A stretch of 64,000 nucleotides of DNA from Chthoniobacterales bacterium (GTDB taxonomy: Bacteria > Verrucomicrobiota > Verrucomicrobiia > Chthoniobacterales > DASVRZ01): positions 100,836-164,835 of the forward strand of contig JBBRNR010000003.1 of NCBI GenBank assembly GCA_038230215.1. The letters are read 5' to 3'. This document shows positions 52,613-62,326 of this stretch, in pieces. The notes below the pieces were generated by a model. The model saw only the letters and a program-made list of their open reading frames with translations. It did not search any database and was not told the DNA's origin. The translations under genes and the position numbers were made by a program. Each line of letters opens with the position of its first letter. The stretch's first letter is position 1.

Positions 52613-53209
52613 TCAAAGCCCTTTGAGAGCGCGCATCTTGGCGACATCGACCGGGCTGACGGCGTCGAAATCGGTGCCATGCGCACGGCGGAAGCGGGCG
52701 TTCCAGTCGATCACGGCATTCGCGATCACGGCTCCCTTCGCCATGCCAGTGACGGCGCGATCAAACTCCTGCACCCGCAACATTTCGATCCGGCGGCGCA
52801 TGGCGAAGCTCACTTGGCGCTCCACGTTCACGGTCGGCAACCAGATTGCATGCGACGTCTCTGCGTCCACATACCACCACGGTTCGCCACGATGCTGATC
52901 GTCCTTGTAAATAATGCCGGTCCGCTCGCGCCGGGCGGAACGCTTCGGAAGAAAAGCCATCGGCGTCTCGCCGAGGGCGAAAATCCTGGAGCTTGCAGGC
53001 GCGACCATGGGCCGCTCGGCCACGTCGTAGCGGAATTGGACGATCTTGTGCTCGATGCCGCGCTGGCTGAGGAGCGTGTGGAGTTTTTCCACGGTGGCAG
53101 GTCTGGCGTGGGAGACGGCGACCTGAAGCTCGGACGAGCGGAAAAGGTGGCAGCTCGTGAGGAGAAAAACGCCGAGAAGGCAGGTGGAGAACTTGCGGAT
53201 ATTCATCAA
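52613..53209 (-). CDS. Putative lipoprotein, unknown function
   Basis: Signal peptide ending in the lipobox LLTSC. Confidence 0.5.
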   Translation of the reverse strand: MMNIRKFSTCLLGVFLLTSCHLFRSSELQVAVSHARPATVEKLHTLLSQRGIEHKIVQFRYDVAERPMVAPASSRIFALGETPMAFLPKRSARRERTGIIYKDDQHRGEPWWYVDAETSHAIWLPTVNVERQVSFAMRRRIEMLRVQEFDRAVTGMAKGAVIANAVIDWNARFRRAHGTDFDAVSPVDVAKMRALKGL

Positions 53210-53322
53210 TGCGGGAGGAAATTAACTACTGCCGAGTATGAATGCTTTTCGACTCGTGGCAAGCAGGAGATCAGGGACGCCCCGAGTCGGGCCAGTCTGT
53301 TAGTTAAATTCGTTTTCTGGAA

Positions 53323-54144
53323 ATGGCAGGCATTTCCGCTATGACTACCAGCATGATTTTGAACGCCACCTGCGAACTCACTTTTCACACCCATGTTCCA
53401 GTTCCAGCGGTGCTCATGCTGCATCCGCACAGCGGGAAACGGCAGTGGATCATGCGCGAGGAATATTCCATTGTGCCGCATTCGCCAGTCACGGAATACA
53501 CCGACGGTTTTGGCAATCTCTGCCAGCGCGTGGTGGCGCAACCGGGGGATTTTGTCGTTCGGTCGAGTTGCACGGCGGATGTGGCCAATGAGATCGAAGT
53601 CGATTGCGAAGCCGAGTTTGTCCCGGCGGAACTCCTTCCCGACAATGTGCTGCAATATCTGCTCCCGAGCCGCTATTGCCAGAGCGATCTCATGCACCAG
53701 GAAGCGCTCGCCATTGTCGGCAATCTGCCCCCGGGCTATCAGCAGGTCGAAGCGATCCGCAGTTGGATCGAGAAAAATGTTGAGTATCGCTACGGCACAA
53801 GCAATGCCACCACGTCCGCGCTCGACACCTGGAATGCCAAGTCCGGCGTCTGCCGCGATTTTGCGCATCTCGGCATGACGCTTTGCCGCACGATCAACAT
53901 CCCCGCACGCATGGTCGTGGGTTATTTGAAAGATCTCGATCCGATGGATCTCCACGCCTGGTTCGAAGCCTGGGTGGGCGGGCGCTGGTTTGTTTTCGAT
54001 GCGACTCAGAAGATGCCGCGCGGCAATCGCATCACGGTCGCCTATGGCCGAGACGCCGCCGATGTGGCGCTGGTAACGCAGTTTGGTCCGCTGCAACTGC
54101 TCTCGATGAAGGTCACGGTCGAGATGCCGCCAATCTTTTCCTAG
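53323..54144 (+). CDS. Transglutaminase-like cysteine peptidase family protein
   Basis: GVCRDFAHL (Cys), HAWFEAWVGGRW (His), FDAT (Asp). Confidence 0.85.
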   Translation: MAGISAMTTSMILNATCELTFHTHVPVPAVLMLHPHSGKRQWIMREEYSIVPHSPVTEYTDGFGNLCQRVVAQPGDFVVRSSCTADVANEIEVDCEAEFVPAELLPDNVLQYLLPSRYCQSDLMHQEALAIVGNLPPGYQQVEAIRSWIEKNVEYRYGTSNATTSALDTWNAKSGVCRDFAHLGMTLCRTINIPARMVVGYLKDLDPMDLHAWFEAWVGGRWFVFDATQKMPRGNRITVAYGRDAADVALVTQFGPLQLLSMKVTVEMPPIFS

Positions 54145-54215
54145 GGGGGCCGAGGCTCAAATTTCACCAAATCGGGCTTGTTTCTACCCAGCAAACGCTC
54201 CACGCTTCCCGCGTT

Positions 54216-55274
54216 ATGACCTTTATCCAGACCGTCTTCGAGAAATTGGCGCGTCACCCCAAGCGGGTGGTTTTTCCAGAGGGAACGGAGCCTCGCGTGC
54301 TGCAGGCTGCGGGAAAATTTGCCTCGCTCAAACTGGGCACGCCGATTCTGCTCGGCGACCGCAACTCCATTGAGACAGCGGCCAAGGCCCAGGGCGTGAA
54401 CCTGGACCACGTCATGGTCATCAATCCCGGAACGGCGTCCGACTTTGAGACGTTTGTTTCGCGCTTCGAAAAGCTGGAGCGCTATCGCAAGATGGGCCCG
54501 ACGAGCTGCCGTGAACTGATGCTAAACGCGAATTTCTTCGGCGCCATGATGCTGCAATACGGCCAGGCCGATGCCTTGGTCGGCGGCGCGTCGGCATTCT
54601 CGAGTTCCCTACTGCGACCGCTCATCCAGATCGTCACACCGTTGCCGCATGTGAAGACTATTTCGAGCTGCACGATCATGGAAATGAAGGACCACGAACT
54701 GGGCGACAACGGCGTTCTTTTCATGGGTGATTGTGCCGTCGTCCCGAATCCAGACATTGATCAACTCGCCGCCATCGCCGTGGAAACCGGACGACTCTCG
54801 CGTCAACTCACCGGCTCGAGGCCGCGAGTCGCATTGCTATCGTTCTCGACTCGCGGCAGCGCAAAAATGCCACTCACAGAGAAGATCGCCGCCGCCACAG
54901 CGATGGCCCGTAAAATGGCCGCAGACCAATTTCTCGACATGGCCATCGACGGAGAGTTGCAGGCCGACGCGGCCCTCTTGCCCCAGCTGGCAGCAAAAAA
55001 AGTCCCCAGCAGCGAGGTCGCGGGCAAGGCCAACGTCCTCATTTTCCCCGACCTGAACAGCGGGAACATTGCCAGCAAGCTCGTCCAGTATTTGGCCAAA
55101 CCCGCGGTTTACGGCCAGCTTCTCACCGGCCTCTCCAAACCCGCTGCCGAGCTTTCCCGCGGCGCGACCATCGATGAAATCGTCGGCGTCGCCGCCATCG
55201 CCGGGTTGCAGGCGATCGAATACCGTAAGCTCTATCCAAACGACAATCCGCTGGAAAGTTTCATCCCGATCTAA
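54216..55274 (+). CDS. pta: Phosphate acetyltransferase
   Basis: MTFIQTVFEKLARHPKRVVFPEGTEPRVLQAA and Pta-like C-terminal half; ORF-track start 53883 trimmed to ATG 54216. Confidence 0.85.
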   Translation: MTFIQTVFEKLARHPKRVVFPEGTEPRVLQAAGKFASLKLGTPILLGDRNSIETAAKAQGVNLDHVMVINPGTASDFETFVSRFEKLERYRKMGPTSCRELMLNANFFGAMMLQYGQADALVGGASAFSSSLLRPLIQIVTPLPHVKTISSCTIMEMKDHELGDNGVLFMGDCAVVPNPDIDQLAAIAVETGRLSRQLTGSRPRVALLSFSTRGSAKMPLTEKIAAATAMARKMAADQFLDMAIDGELQADAALLPQLAAKKVPSSEVAGKANVLIFPDLNSGNIASKLVQYLAKPAVYGQLLTGLSKPAAELSRGATIDEIVGVAAIAGLQAIEYRKLYPNDNPLESFIPI

Positions 55275-55301
55275 CTCGATTCCACAGGGGCGAAACCGGG
55301 G

Positions 55302-55610
55302 CTAGTGCATGTCCGTTTCCTCGTCCCAGCCACTGTCCTCACGGATGGACCGGAGGCGTTTCCGCATTCCGCGATTCGATTCCGGGCCGTGCGTCCGCGA
55401 GACGACATAGGTCACAATCACCGGCACGACCGACGCCACGGCGACCGAGAAAAGGGTGATCGCCGTCGTCTGCTTTTTCTTGCGCAGTTTATCTGCGATC
55501 AGCAGACCAACGCCGCAGCCAATGGCCGTCTGCGCGAGTGAGAATAAACCGGCCATCGAAGCCGACGTGGGGAAAGAATTTGGAGGATTGTTCGACATAT
55601 CTTGGGCCAT
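55302..55610 (-). CDS. Small 2-TM membrane protein
   Basis: Two hydrophobic segments; no family recognised. Confidence 0.4.
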   Translation of the reverse strand: MAQDMSNNPPNSFPTSASMAGLFSLAQTAIGCGVGLLIADKLRKKKQTTAITLFSVAVASVVPVIVTYVVSRTHGPESNRGMRKRLRSIREDSGWDEETDMH

Positions 55611-55662
55611 AGAATAGGCTCGCGACTGGAAAAAACAATCCGTTACTCCTTCGATTCTTTAC

Positions 55663-56724
55663 ATGAAAACTGATCTTTACGTCCTCATTCTCGCCGGTGG
55701 CAGCGGCGAGCGTTTCTGGCCTCTCAGCCGCAAGGCGACCCCGAAGCAATTGCTCAATCTTTTCTCCGAGCAAACCCTTCTGGAGGACACCATTTCCCGG
55801 CTCGCCGGACTCGTCCCGGTGGAAAATATTCTCATCCTCACCAATCGCGACCAGGAGGAGTCTGTCCGCCGGATCATCACCTCGCTACCCGCGGAAAACA
55901 TTTTTGCTGAACCCGACAAGCGCGACACTGCTGCCGCCATTGCGCTCGGAGTTGGTCTTGTCGCGAAACGTAATCCCGGCGCCACCATGATCGTGCTCCC
56001 GGCGGATCACATCATTCGCGACGAGCAAGCCCTGCAAAACGATCTGTCCACTGCTGCCGACGCCGCCCGCTCCACCGGTGCACTCGTCACCATCGGCATC
56101 CCGCCGACCTGGGCCTGCCCGGGGTTCGGCTACATCGAGCAGGGGGCGCGACTGGAGGGCACCGACGCCCCGATTTATGAGGTTATCCGCTTCCGCGAAA
56201 AACCCGCCCCGGACCTCGCCGAATCATTCCTCAAACAAGGCCACTTCAAGTGGAACGCGGGTATGTTCATCTGGACGATCCCTTCGATTCTCGGAGAATT
56301 CCAGCGCAGCACTCCAGAGCTGGCTTCATTCATCGAACGCCTCATGGAAACCCACGACCTCGCAGCGTTTCTCGATGCGACTTTCAGTGCGCTGCCGAAG
56401 ATTTCCATCGATTACGCCATTCTCGAAAAAGCGCGGCGCGTGCTCGTGGTCCAGGCCTCATTCGACTGGGACGACGTCGGCGGCTGGCTCGCGGCGGCCA
56501 ATTACCTTCCCTGCGACGGACACGACAACCGCTCAAACACACCCACCACCGTCACCGACGCCGAGAACAACATCGTTTATTCCCGGGGCAAAAAACACAT
56601 CGCCCTGCTCGGCGTATCGGACCTTGTCATCGTGGAAACCGCCGACGCCATTCTCATCGCCAACCGCCACGAGGCCGAACTGATTAAGACCCTCATCAAG
56701 AAAATCCCTCCCGAACTCCAGTGA
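55663..56724 (+). CDS. Mannose-1-phosphate guanylyltransferase-type nucleotidyltransferase
   Basis: LILAGGSGERFWPLSRKATPKQLL N-terminal motif; 353 aa, no isomerase domain. Confidence 0.85.
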   Translation: MKTDLYVLILAGGSGERFWPLSRKATPKQLLNLFSEQTLLEDTISRLAGLVPVENILILTNRDQEESVRRIITSLPAENIFAEPDKRDTAAAIALGVGLVAKRNPGATMIVLPADHIIRDEQALQNDLSTAADAARSTGALVTIGIPPTWACPGFGYIEQGARLEGTDAPIYEVIRFREKPAPDLAESFLKQGHFKWNAGMFIWTIPSILGEFQRSTPELASFIERLMETHDLAAFLDATFSALPKISIDYAILEKARRVLVVQASFDWDDVGGWLAAANYLPCDGHDNRSNTPTTVTDAENNIVYSRGKKHIALLGVSDLVIVETADAILIANRHEAELIKTLIKKIPPELQ

Positions 56725-57146
56725 GAATCCTCGGCATCGACCACGGCGACGCCCGCATCGGGCTGGCCATCTCCGACGAACTCGGCATGCTCGCGCACCC
56801 CTTGGAAACGCTCAATGGCCGGGAAAAATTCAATGCGACTTCGAGGCGAATCTCCGAAGTGATCGTCGAGAAAAAAATCGAGCGCGTCGTTATCGGCCTC
56901 CCGCGTAATATGAATGGCACCTACGGCCCTGCCGCCGAGAAAATCCGCGAATTCGTTGCCAAATTGAAGCCCATCCTCCCTGTTCCCATCGTTCTCTGGG
57001 ACGAACGCATGACCACACAGCAGGCGCAGCGCTCGCTCCATGACGCCGGGCGCACAGTGAAAAACAGCCGCAAAGTCATCGACCAGGTCGCGGCTGTCAT
57101 CATTCTCCAGAGTTATCTGGACTCCATGGCCCCGCCGCTGGAGTGA
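56721..57146 (+). CDS. ruvX: Holliday-junction-resolvase-like RNase RuvX (YqgF)
   Basis: MRILGIDHGDARIGLAISDELGMLAHPLETL. Confidence 0.92.
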   Translation: MRILGIDHGDARIGLAISDELGMLAHPLETLNGREKFNATSRRISEVIVEKKIERVVIGLPRNMNGTYGPAAEKIREFVAKLKPILPVPIVLWDERMTTQQAQRSLHDAGRTVKNSRKVIDQVAAVIILQSYLDSMAPPLE

Positions 57147-57211
57147 GCGTCGAGCTTTGGCTCAAATTCTATCTGCCACCAAGCCCATCGAGCCATAGGC
57201 TCGACGCTACA
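57146..57211. repeat. Palindromic REP/MITE-like element, copy 2 (inverted relative to copy 1)
   Basis: Reverse complement reads tgtagcgtcgagcctatggctcgatgggcttggtggcagatagaatttgagccaaagctcgacgct; starts at the ruvX stop codon. Confidence 0.8.
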
Positions 57212-57395
57212 AATGTGCGACACGCTGGATGCGGCGCATGCTTCGTTCAAGTTCTGCTTATGCCGTCGCTGAGATTGGCGAAGTTGGGCGTAATGCCGCT
57301 CCGAAAAGTGTCTGACCTCAACGCTGTTTCCACGCAAGATTCTGCGGCCCGAATCGCACCCAAACAGTTGCCAGGCCACAGGCGAATGTGAAGGG

Positions 57396-58553
57396 ATGAC
57401 GCCGCTGCTCACCTCCCCGTTGATTCCCGGTTTTCTGATGGCTGGCTTTGAATGCTCCACGCATCGGCTCGGCTCCGGGCGTCGGCTCGATATGATCACA
57501 TCCACCAAGCACGACCGGTTTGCCCGGGAGGATTACCGTCGTTTGCGCGAACTAGGCGTGCGAATGGTTCGCGACGGACTGCGCTGGCATCGGATCGAGG
57601 CGGAGCCGGGGCACTATGATTTCTCCTCCGTGCTGCCGATGCTGAGAGCGGCGAAGGAGGAAGGTCTGACTGTCATCTGGGACATCTGCCACTACGGCTG
57701 GCCGGATGACATCGCGATTTTCAAACCCGCTTTTGTGGAGCGAATCGGGAAATTTACCAAGGCGTTTGTGCAGATACACTTGGAAGTCACCGGGCGTGCG
57801 CCATGGATCGCACCGGTGAATGAGATCTCGTTTTTCGCCTGGGCAGGAGGGCAGATCGCAATGTTCAACCCAGGCAGCCGCCATCGCGGCGACGACCTGA
57901 AAGCCCAGCTCGTGCGCGCCACCATTGCCAGTATCGAAGGCGCGTGGGAGGTGTCGCGAGAGACCCGGATCGTTCACACCGACCCCGTGATCAATGTCGT
58001 GGGCGATCCGCTCAGCAAGCAGGCGCAGAATCGGGCAGCGGCCTATCATCAGGCCCAGTATCAGGCGTTCGACATGATTTCCGGTCGCTGGAAACGGGAG
58101 CTGGGCGGCAAGCCGGAGTATCTGGACATCATCGGGTTAAACTTTTATCCGGCCAACCAGTGGATGGTGTACAAGAGCGCGCCGGGGCAAAAAAATCCGC
58201 CGCATCTCCATCTCGGCCATTCGGCTTACAAGCCGTTGCGCCAGCTTTTGGCGGAGAACTTTGAGCGTTATCAGCGACCGCTGTTTCTAGCGGAGACCGG
58301 CACCGAGGGTGACTTCCGACCCAAATGGTTTCGCTACGTCTGCGACGAGGTCGCCGGAGCCATCGAAATGGGCGTGCCGGTCGGGGGCATTTGCTGGTAT
58401 CCGATCGTCAATCACCCCGGCTGGACGAATCATCGACACTGCCACAACGGACTTTGGGATTATCCCGAAAAGGACGGCGACCGTGAAATATACCAGCCGC
58501 TGGCCGAGGAATGGCGCGAGCAAAAGAGCCGATTTGACGCTATGAAAGCCTGA
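57396..58553 (+). CDS. TIM-barrel glycoside-hydrolase-like protein (clan GH-A, GH1-like)
   Basis: MAGFECSTHR...RDGLRWHRIE...VIWDICHYGWPD...NEISF...LAETG pattern resembles GH1-like barrels; specificity unknown. Confidence 0.45.
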   Translation: MTPLLTSPLIPGFLMAGFECSTHRLGSGRRLDMITSTKHDRFAREDYRRLRELGVRMVRDGLRWHRIEAEPGHYDFSSVLPMLRAAKEEGLTVIWDICHYGWPDDIAIFKPAFVERIGKFTKAFVQIHLEVTGRAPWIAPVNEISFFAWAGGQIAMFNPGSRHRGDDLKAQLVRATIASIEGAWEVSRETRIVHTDPVINVVGDPLSKQAQNRAAAYHQAQYQAFDMISGRWKRELGGKPEYLDIIGLNFYPANQWMVYKSAPGQKNPPHLHLGHSAYKPLRQLLAENFERYQRPLFLAETGTEGDFRPKWFRYVCDEVAGAIEMGVPVGGICWYPIVNHPGWTNHRHCHNGLWDYPEKDGDREIYQPLAEEWREQKSRFDAMKA

Positions 58554-58709
58554 GATGGAAAATAATCGCAGAGACCGGCACCGAGTCTTCGGAGTCATCC
58601 CCCACGCCATGGTTCAGCCGGATAAATTCCAGCTAATTTGCCTGCTATCCATCCATTTTCAGCGTTGACACCCCTGACCTCCCCCGTAGCGTTTCGACAT
58701 CTGTAAACC

Positions 58710-59963
58710 ATGAGATTTCCTCTGCCGCTGACTCTTAAATTTGCCTCGCACATTGTCCGGCACAAGCTTCGCAAGACCCCGAAGTTCGCCACCGTGCTCC
58801 AGCTTGAGCCGCTCCACACTTGCAATCTCTCCTGCACGGGCTGCGGTCGAATTCGCGAATATTCCACGTCTATGAAAGACGTTATGCCGCTGGCCGATTG
58901 CCTCGCGGCGGCGGCGGAATGCGATGCGCCGATGATTTCCATCTGCGGCGGAGAACCGCTGATTTATCCCGAGATCGAACGGTTGGTCGCCGGGCTCCGC
59001 GAGCAGAATCGGATCGTTTACATCTGCACAAACGGCGTCTTCATGCGGAAAAAGATGCGCCAATGGCTCGCCGCAGAATTTATCCGCCGACCCGATTGGG
59101 TAAACCAGCGCCTGGCCGAGTTACTCACCTCGCAGCTCATCTCCGACGAAGAGGTGAGTGCCATTCGACTCCGACCGAAGAAATTCAATTCCCCGACCAT
59201 CGCCCCCAGCGGCTGGCTTTATTGGAACGTCCATCTCGACGGACTGGAAGCCACGCACGACATCATCGTCGAGCGCGAAGGCGTCTTTAAAGAATGCATC
59301 GCCGCGATTCGCATGGCGAAATTGTTAGGTTATCAAGTGGCGACTAACACGACCGTCTATCAGGAAACTAACATGCAGGAAATCGAAGATTTGTTCTCAT
59401 TTCTGGCCACGCTGGGAGTCGATGGGCACACCATTAGCCCCGGCTACGAATACGACGCGGCGAAGAAGGACATGCAGAAACGCCTCGGACTCGCGCCTGA
59501 GGATTTTTTTCTCACACGCAAGCTAACCATCGAGAAATTCCAAGACATCGAGCGCTGGGCGCAGGAGTTTAATCTGCTTGGAACTCCGATCTATTTCGAG
59601 TTTCTCAGCGGCAAACGCCAGTTGCGTTGCTCGGCTTGGGCCATTCCCACGCGTAACATCAAGGGCTGGAAAGCACCGTGCTATCTCATGACCGATGGCC
59701 ACTATCCCAGCTATCGCGATTTGCTGGAAAAGACCGATTGGGAAAAATACGGCGTCGTCAATGGTGAGGCTCGTGATCCGCGCTGCGAAAACTGCATGAT
59801 GCATTGCGGTTACGAACCGTCCGCGACACTCGGGATCGATTCGCAACCAGGCGACAATTGGAAGAACATCAAGTTCAACTTCGGCGCAAAGCCCAACCCG
59901 ATTTCGCGCGAGGTGAATCCGTGGAAACTAGCTGCACAACCGAGCCTGATTCCGCATCCATGA
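58710..59963 (+). CDS. hpnH: Radical SAM adenosyl-hopene transferase
   Basis: LQLEPLHTCNLSCTGCGRIREY radical-SAM motif, ISICGGEPL, C-terminal CENCMMHCGYE; adjacent to shc. Confidence 0.85.
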   Translation: MRFPLPLTLKFASHIVRHKLRKTPKFATVLQLEPLHTCNLSCTGCGRIREYSTSMKDVMPLADCLAAAAECDAPMISICGGEPLIYPEIERLVAGLREQNRIVYICTNGVFMRKKMRQWLAAEFIRRPDWVNQRLAELLTSQLISDEEVSAIRLRPKKFNSPTIAPSGWLYWNVHLDGLEATHDIIVEREGVFKECIAAIRMAKLLGYQVATNTTVYQETNMQEIEDLFSFLATLGVDGHTISPGYEYDAAKKDMQKRLGLAPEDFFLTRKLTIEKFQDIERWAQEFNLLGTPIYFEFLSGKRQLRCSAWAIPTRNIKGWKAPCYLMTDGHYPSYRDLLEKTDWEKYGVVNGEARDPRCENCMMHCGYEPSATLGIDSQPGDNWKNIKFNFGAKPNPISREVNPWKLAAQPSLIPHP

Positions 59964-61909
59964 TTCCCGCCGCGGGGCAGGCTGCTAACAATCAGTCGAC
60001 CAGCCTCTTCCCGATCGACGATGCCATTTCCTCCGCGCAGAATTATCTTCTAACTCGTCAGCACTCCGATGGTTTTTGGGTGCATGAACTGGCGGTCGAT
60101 GCGACGCTTTGCGCCGATTGGATTCTCTACATGCACTGGTCCAGTCGCATGGAACTCGACTTGCAAAAAAAGTGCGCGGATCACATTCGCCGCCGCGCAC
60201 TCGAAAGCGGCGGCTGGAATATCTACCACGGCGGGCCACCGGAAATTAATGCCACGATCAAGGCTTACTTCGCGCTCAAGCTCGCCGGTGATTCGCCCGA
60301 CTCTTCCTGGATGACTGAGGCGCGCAGCCAGATTTTGCGACTCGGCGGCATCCCTGCGATGAACACTTACAGCAAGCTCTATCTCGCGTTACTGGGACAA
60401 TTTCCCTGGGACCATCTGCCTGCCATTCCGCTGGAGATCATGCTCTTTCCCGGCTGGTTTTTCTTTAATTTGCACAAAGTTTCCGCTTGGAGTCGAACGA
60501 TGTTAGTACCGCTCGCGATCATCAATCATTTCAAACCGGTGCGAAATCTTCCGGCGCATTTGCAACTGCACGAGTTATATCCGGTGGGCCACGAAAACGC
60601 TGACCTTTCGCTCCCCCGCGACCGGAAACTTTTCACCTGGCGCAATTTCTTTCTCTTCTGGAATCGTGCCCTCAAGCTCACCGAAAGACTACCAGCTCCA
60701 CCTTGGCGTGAATCGACTCTAACTCGAGCTAAAAACTGGATGATCGCGCGCATGGGCGATGGCTCCGACGGGCTCGGCGCGATCTTTCCTGCAATGCTAA
60801 ACTCGATCATCGCGTTGCAATGTCTCGGCTACGAGCGCGACCATCCCCTCGCCCGCAAGGCCGAGGCCGACATGCGCGGGTTGTTCATTGATGAGCCCGG
60901 GGATTTTCGCATCCAGCCGTGTCTGTCTCCGGTCTGGGACACGGCGATCAATCTCATCGCGCTGCGCGAGTCCGGCGTTTCGGAAAATGATCCGCGTCTC
61001 ACTCGCGCGGTAAATTGGTTAGTCGAGCGCGAGGTTAGGTTTGCGGGAGACTGGTCGCGTCGGATTCCTAACATCGAGCCGACGGGCTGGGCCTTTGAGT
61101 TTTCTAACATCTACTATCCCGACACTGATGACACGGCTATGGTCTTGTTAGCTTTAGCCCGTTTTCCTGAATGGAATGGAACTCCGCTCACCACCCGGGC
61201 GACCAATTGGTTGCTGGCATTCCAGTGTCGCGGCGGAGGCTGGGGCGCGTTCGACCGGGATGTGACGGATCGCTGGCTGGAGGAGGTGCCGTTTGCCGAT
61301 CACAATGCGATTCTCGATCCGGAATGCAGCGATCTGACAGCGCGTGTTTTGGAAGTCATAGGTCATATGGGACCTATTCGACCTATCGTAACCTCCCGCG
61401 CCATCGCCTATCTCCGCCGCACGCAGGAACCCGACGGCTCGTGGTACGGTCGCTGGGGCGTGAACTACATTTACGGCACCTGGCAGGTCTTGCGCGGGCT
61501 GTCCGCCTTTGGTTGGGACATGCGCGAGCCGTGGCTGCTGCGCGCCCGCGACTGGCTGGAGAGTTGCCAGAACGAGGACGGGAGTTGGGGCGAAACGGCG
61601 GCTTCGTATCTGGACCCAACTGCGCGCGGAAAAGACACCGGCACCGCCTCGCAAACCGCCTGGGCGCTGATGGGGCTATGCGCCGCGCACGAACCGGATC
61701 GCTCCCGCATTTTGCGCGGCGCGCATTATCTTTTGCACTCGCAGCAACCCGCTGGCGACTGGATCGAACCCGATACGACTGGGACTGGATTCCCCGGCGT
61801 TTTCTATCTGCGCTACGACTCGTATCGGATCAATTGGCCGCTGCTCGCCCTGGCTGAGGTGCGGCGGATTTACTCTGAACAACCGCGTTGCCACCCGGCG
61901 ACGCGTTGA
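59960..61909 (+). CDS. shc: Squalene-hopene cyclase
   Basis: YYPDTDDTAMVLLAL (DxDDTA catalytic motif), QW-type repeats; ATG 59960 overlaps the hpnH stop (ATGA); ORF-track start 59804 trimmed. Confidence 0.95.
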   Translation: MIPAAGQAANNQSTSLFPIDDAISSAQNYLLTRQHSDGFWVHELAVDATLCADWILYMHWSSRMELDLQKKCADHIRRRALESGGWNIYHGGPPEINATIKAYFALKLAGDSPDSSWMTEARSQILRLGGIPAMNTYSKLYLALLGQFPWDHLPAIPLEIMLFPGWFFFNLHKVSAWSRTMLVPLAIINHFKPVRNLPAHLQLHELYPVGHENADLSLPRDRKLFTWRNFFLFWNRALKLTERLPAPPWRESTLTRAKNWMIARMGDGSDGLGAIFPAMLNSIIALQCLGYERDHPLARKAEADMRGLFIDEPGDFRIQPCLSPVWDTAINLIALRESGVSENDPRLTRAVNWLVEREVRFAGDWSRRIPNIEPTGWAFEFSNIYYPDTDDTAMVLLALARFPEWNGTPLTTRATNWLLAFQCRGGGWGAFDRDVTDRWLEEVPFADHNAILDPECSDLTARVLEVIGHMGPIRPIVTSRAIAYLRRTQEPDGSWYGRWGVNYIYGTWQVLRGLSAFGWDMREPWLLRARDWLESCQNEDGSWGETAASYLDPTARGKDTGTASQTAWALMGLCAAHEPDRSRILRGAHYLLHSQQPAGDWIEPDTTGTGFPGVFYLRYDSYRINWPLLALAEVRRIYSEQPRCHPATR

Positions 61910-61927
61910 CTACTTTGTGGTCCCCTC

Positions 61928-62326
61928 ATGTCACGCAGAGCCAATTCCAAAATTCATCCCGGCTGGATTGCGGCCAGTGTTCTGCTGGTGGTTCTCGCAA
62001 TCGCGGGCGGGCTAACGCTTTTCCAAAATGTGCAGGATCCGTATCGCACGACAGCCATTCTCGACACCCGGCTTTATCTGGAAAACGCCAACAGCCTGCG
62101 CGGCAACACTTACCGGGTGACGGGCACGATCCGGAATTTCATCCGTGGCAATCGCGCCGGGCGGCTCTTTTCCATCGATGTGGATGACGCCAATAAAAGC
62201 GTGCTGCCGATCCTCGTCCCGCAGTCGCTCAATCAGATCAACATCCAGCGCGGGCAGACATTCGCCATTCGATTGACGGTGGATGAAAACGGCATTCTGC
62301 ATGTGGAGGAACTCAGAAAAATATGA
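61928..62326 (+). CDS. Membrane-anchored hypothetical protein (132 aa)
   Basis: N-terminal TM WIAASVLLVVLAIAGGLTLF; no family recognised. Confidence 0.45.
   Translation: MSRRANSKIHPGWIAASVLLVVLAIAGGLTLFQNVQDPYRTTAILDTRLYLENANSLRGNTYRVTGTIRNFIRGNRAGRLFSIDVDDANKSVLPILVPQSLNQINIQRGQTFAIRLTVDENGILHVEELRKI

Noticed and set aside
53206-54096. 296-aa ORF antisense to the transglutaminase-like gene
   Set aside because: The sense strand carries a clean Cys-His-Asp transglutaminase core; the antisense translation is featureless.
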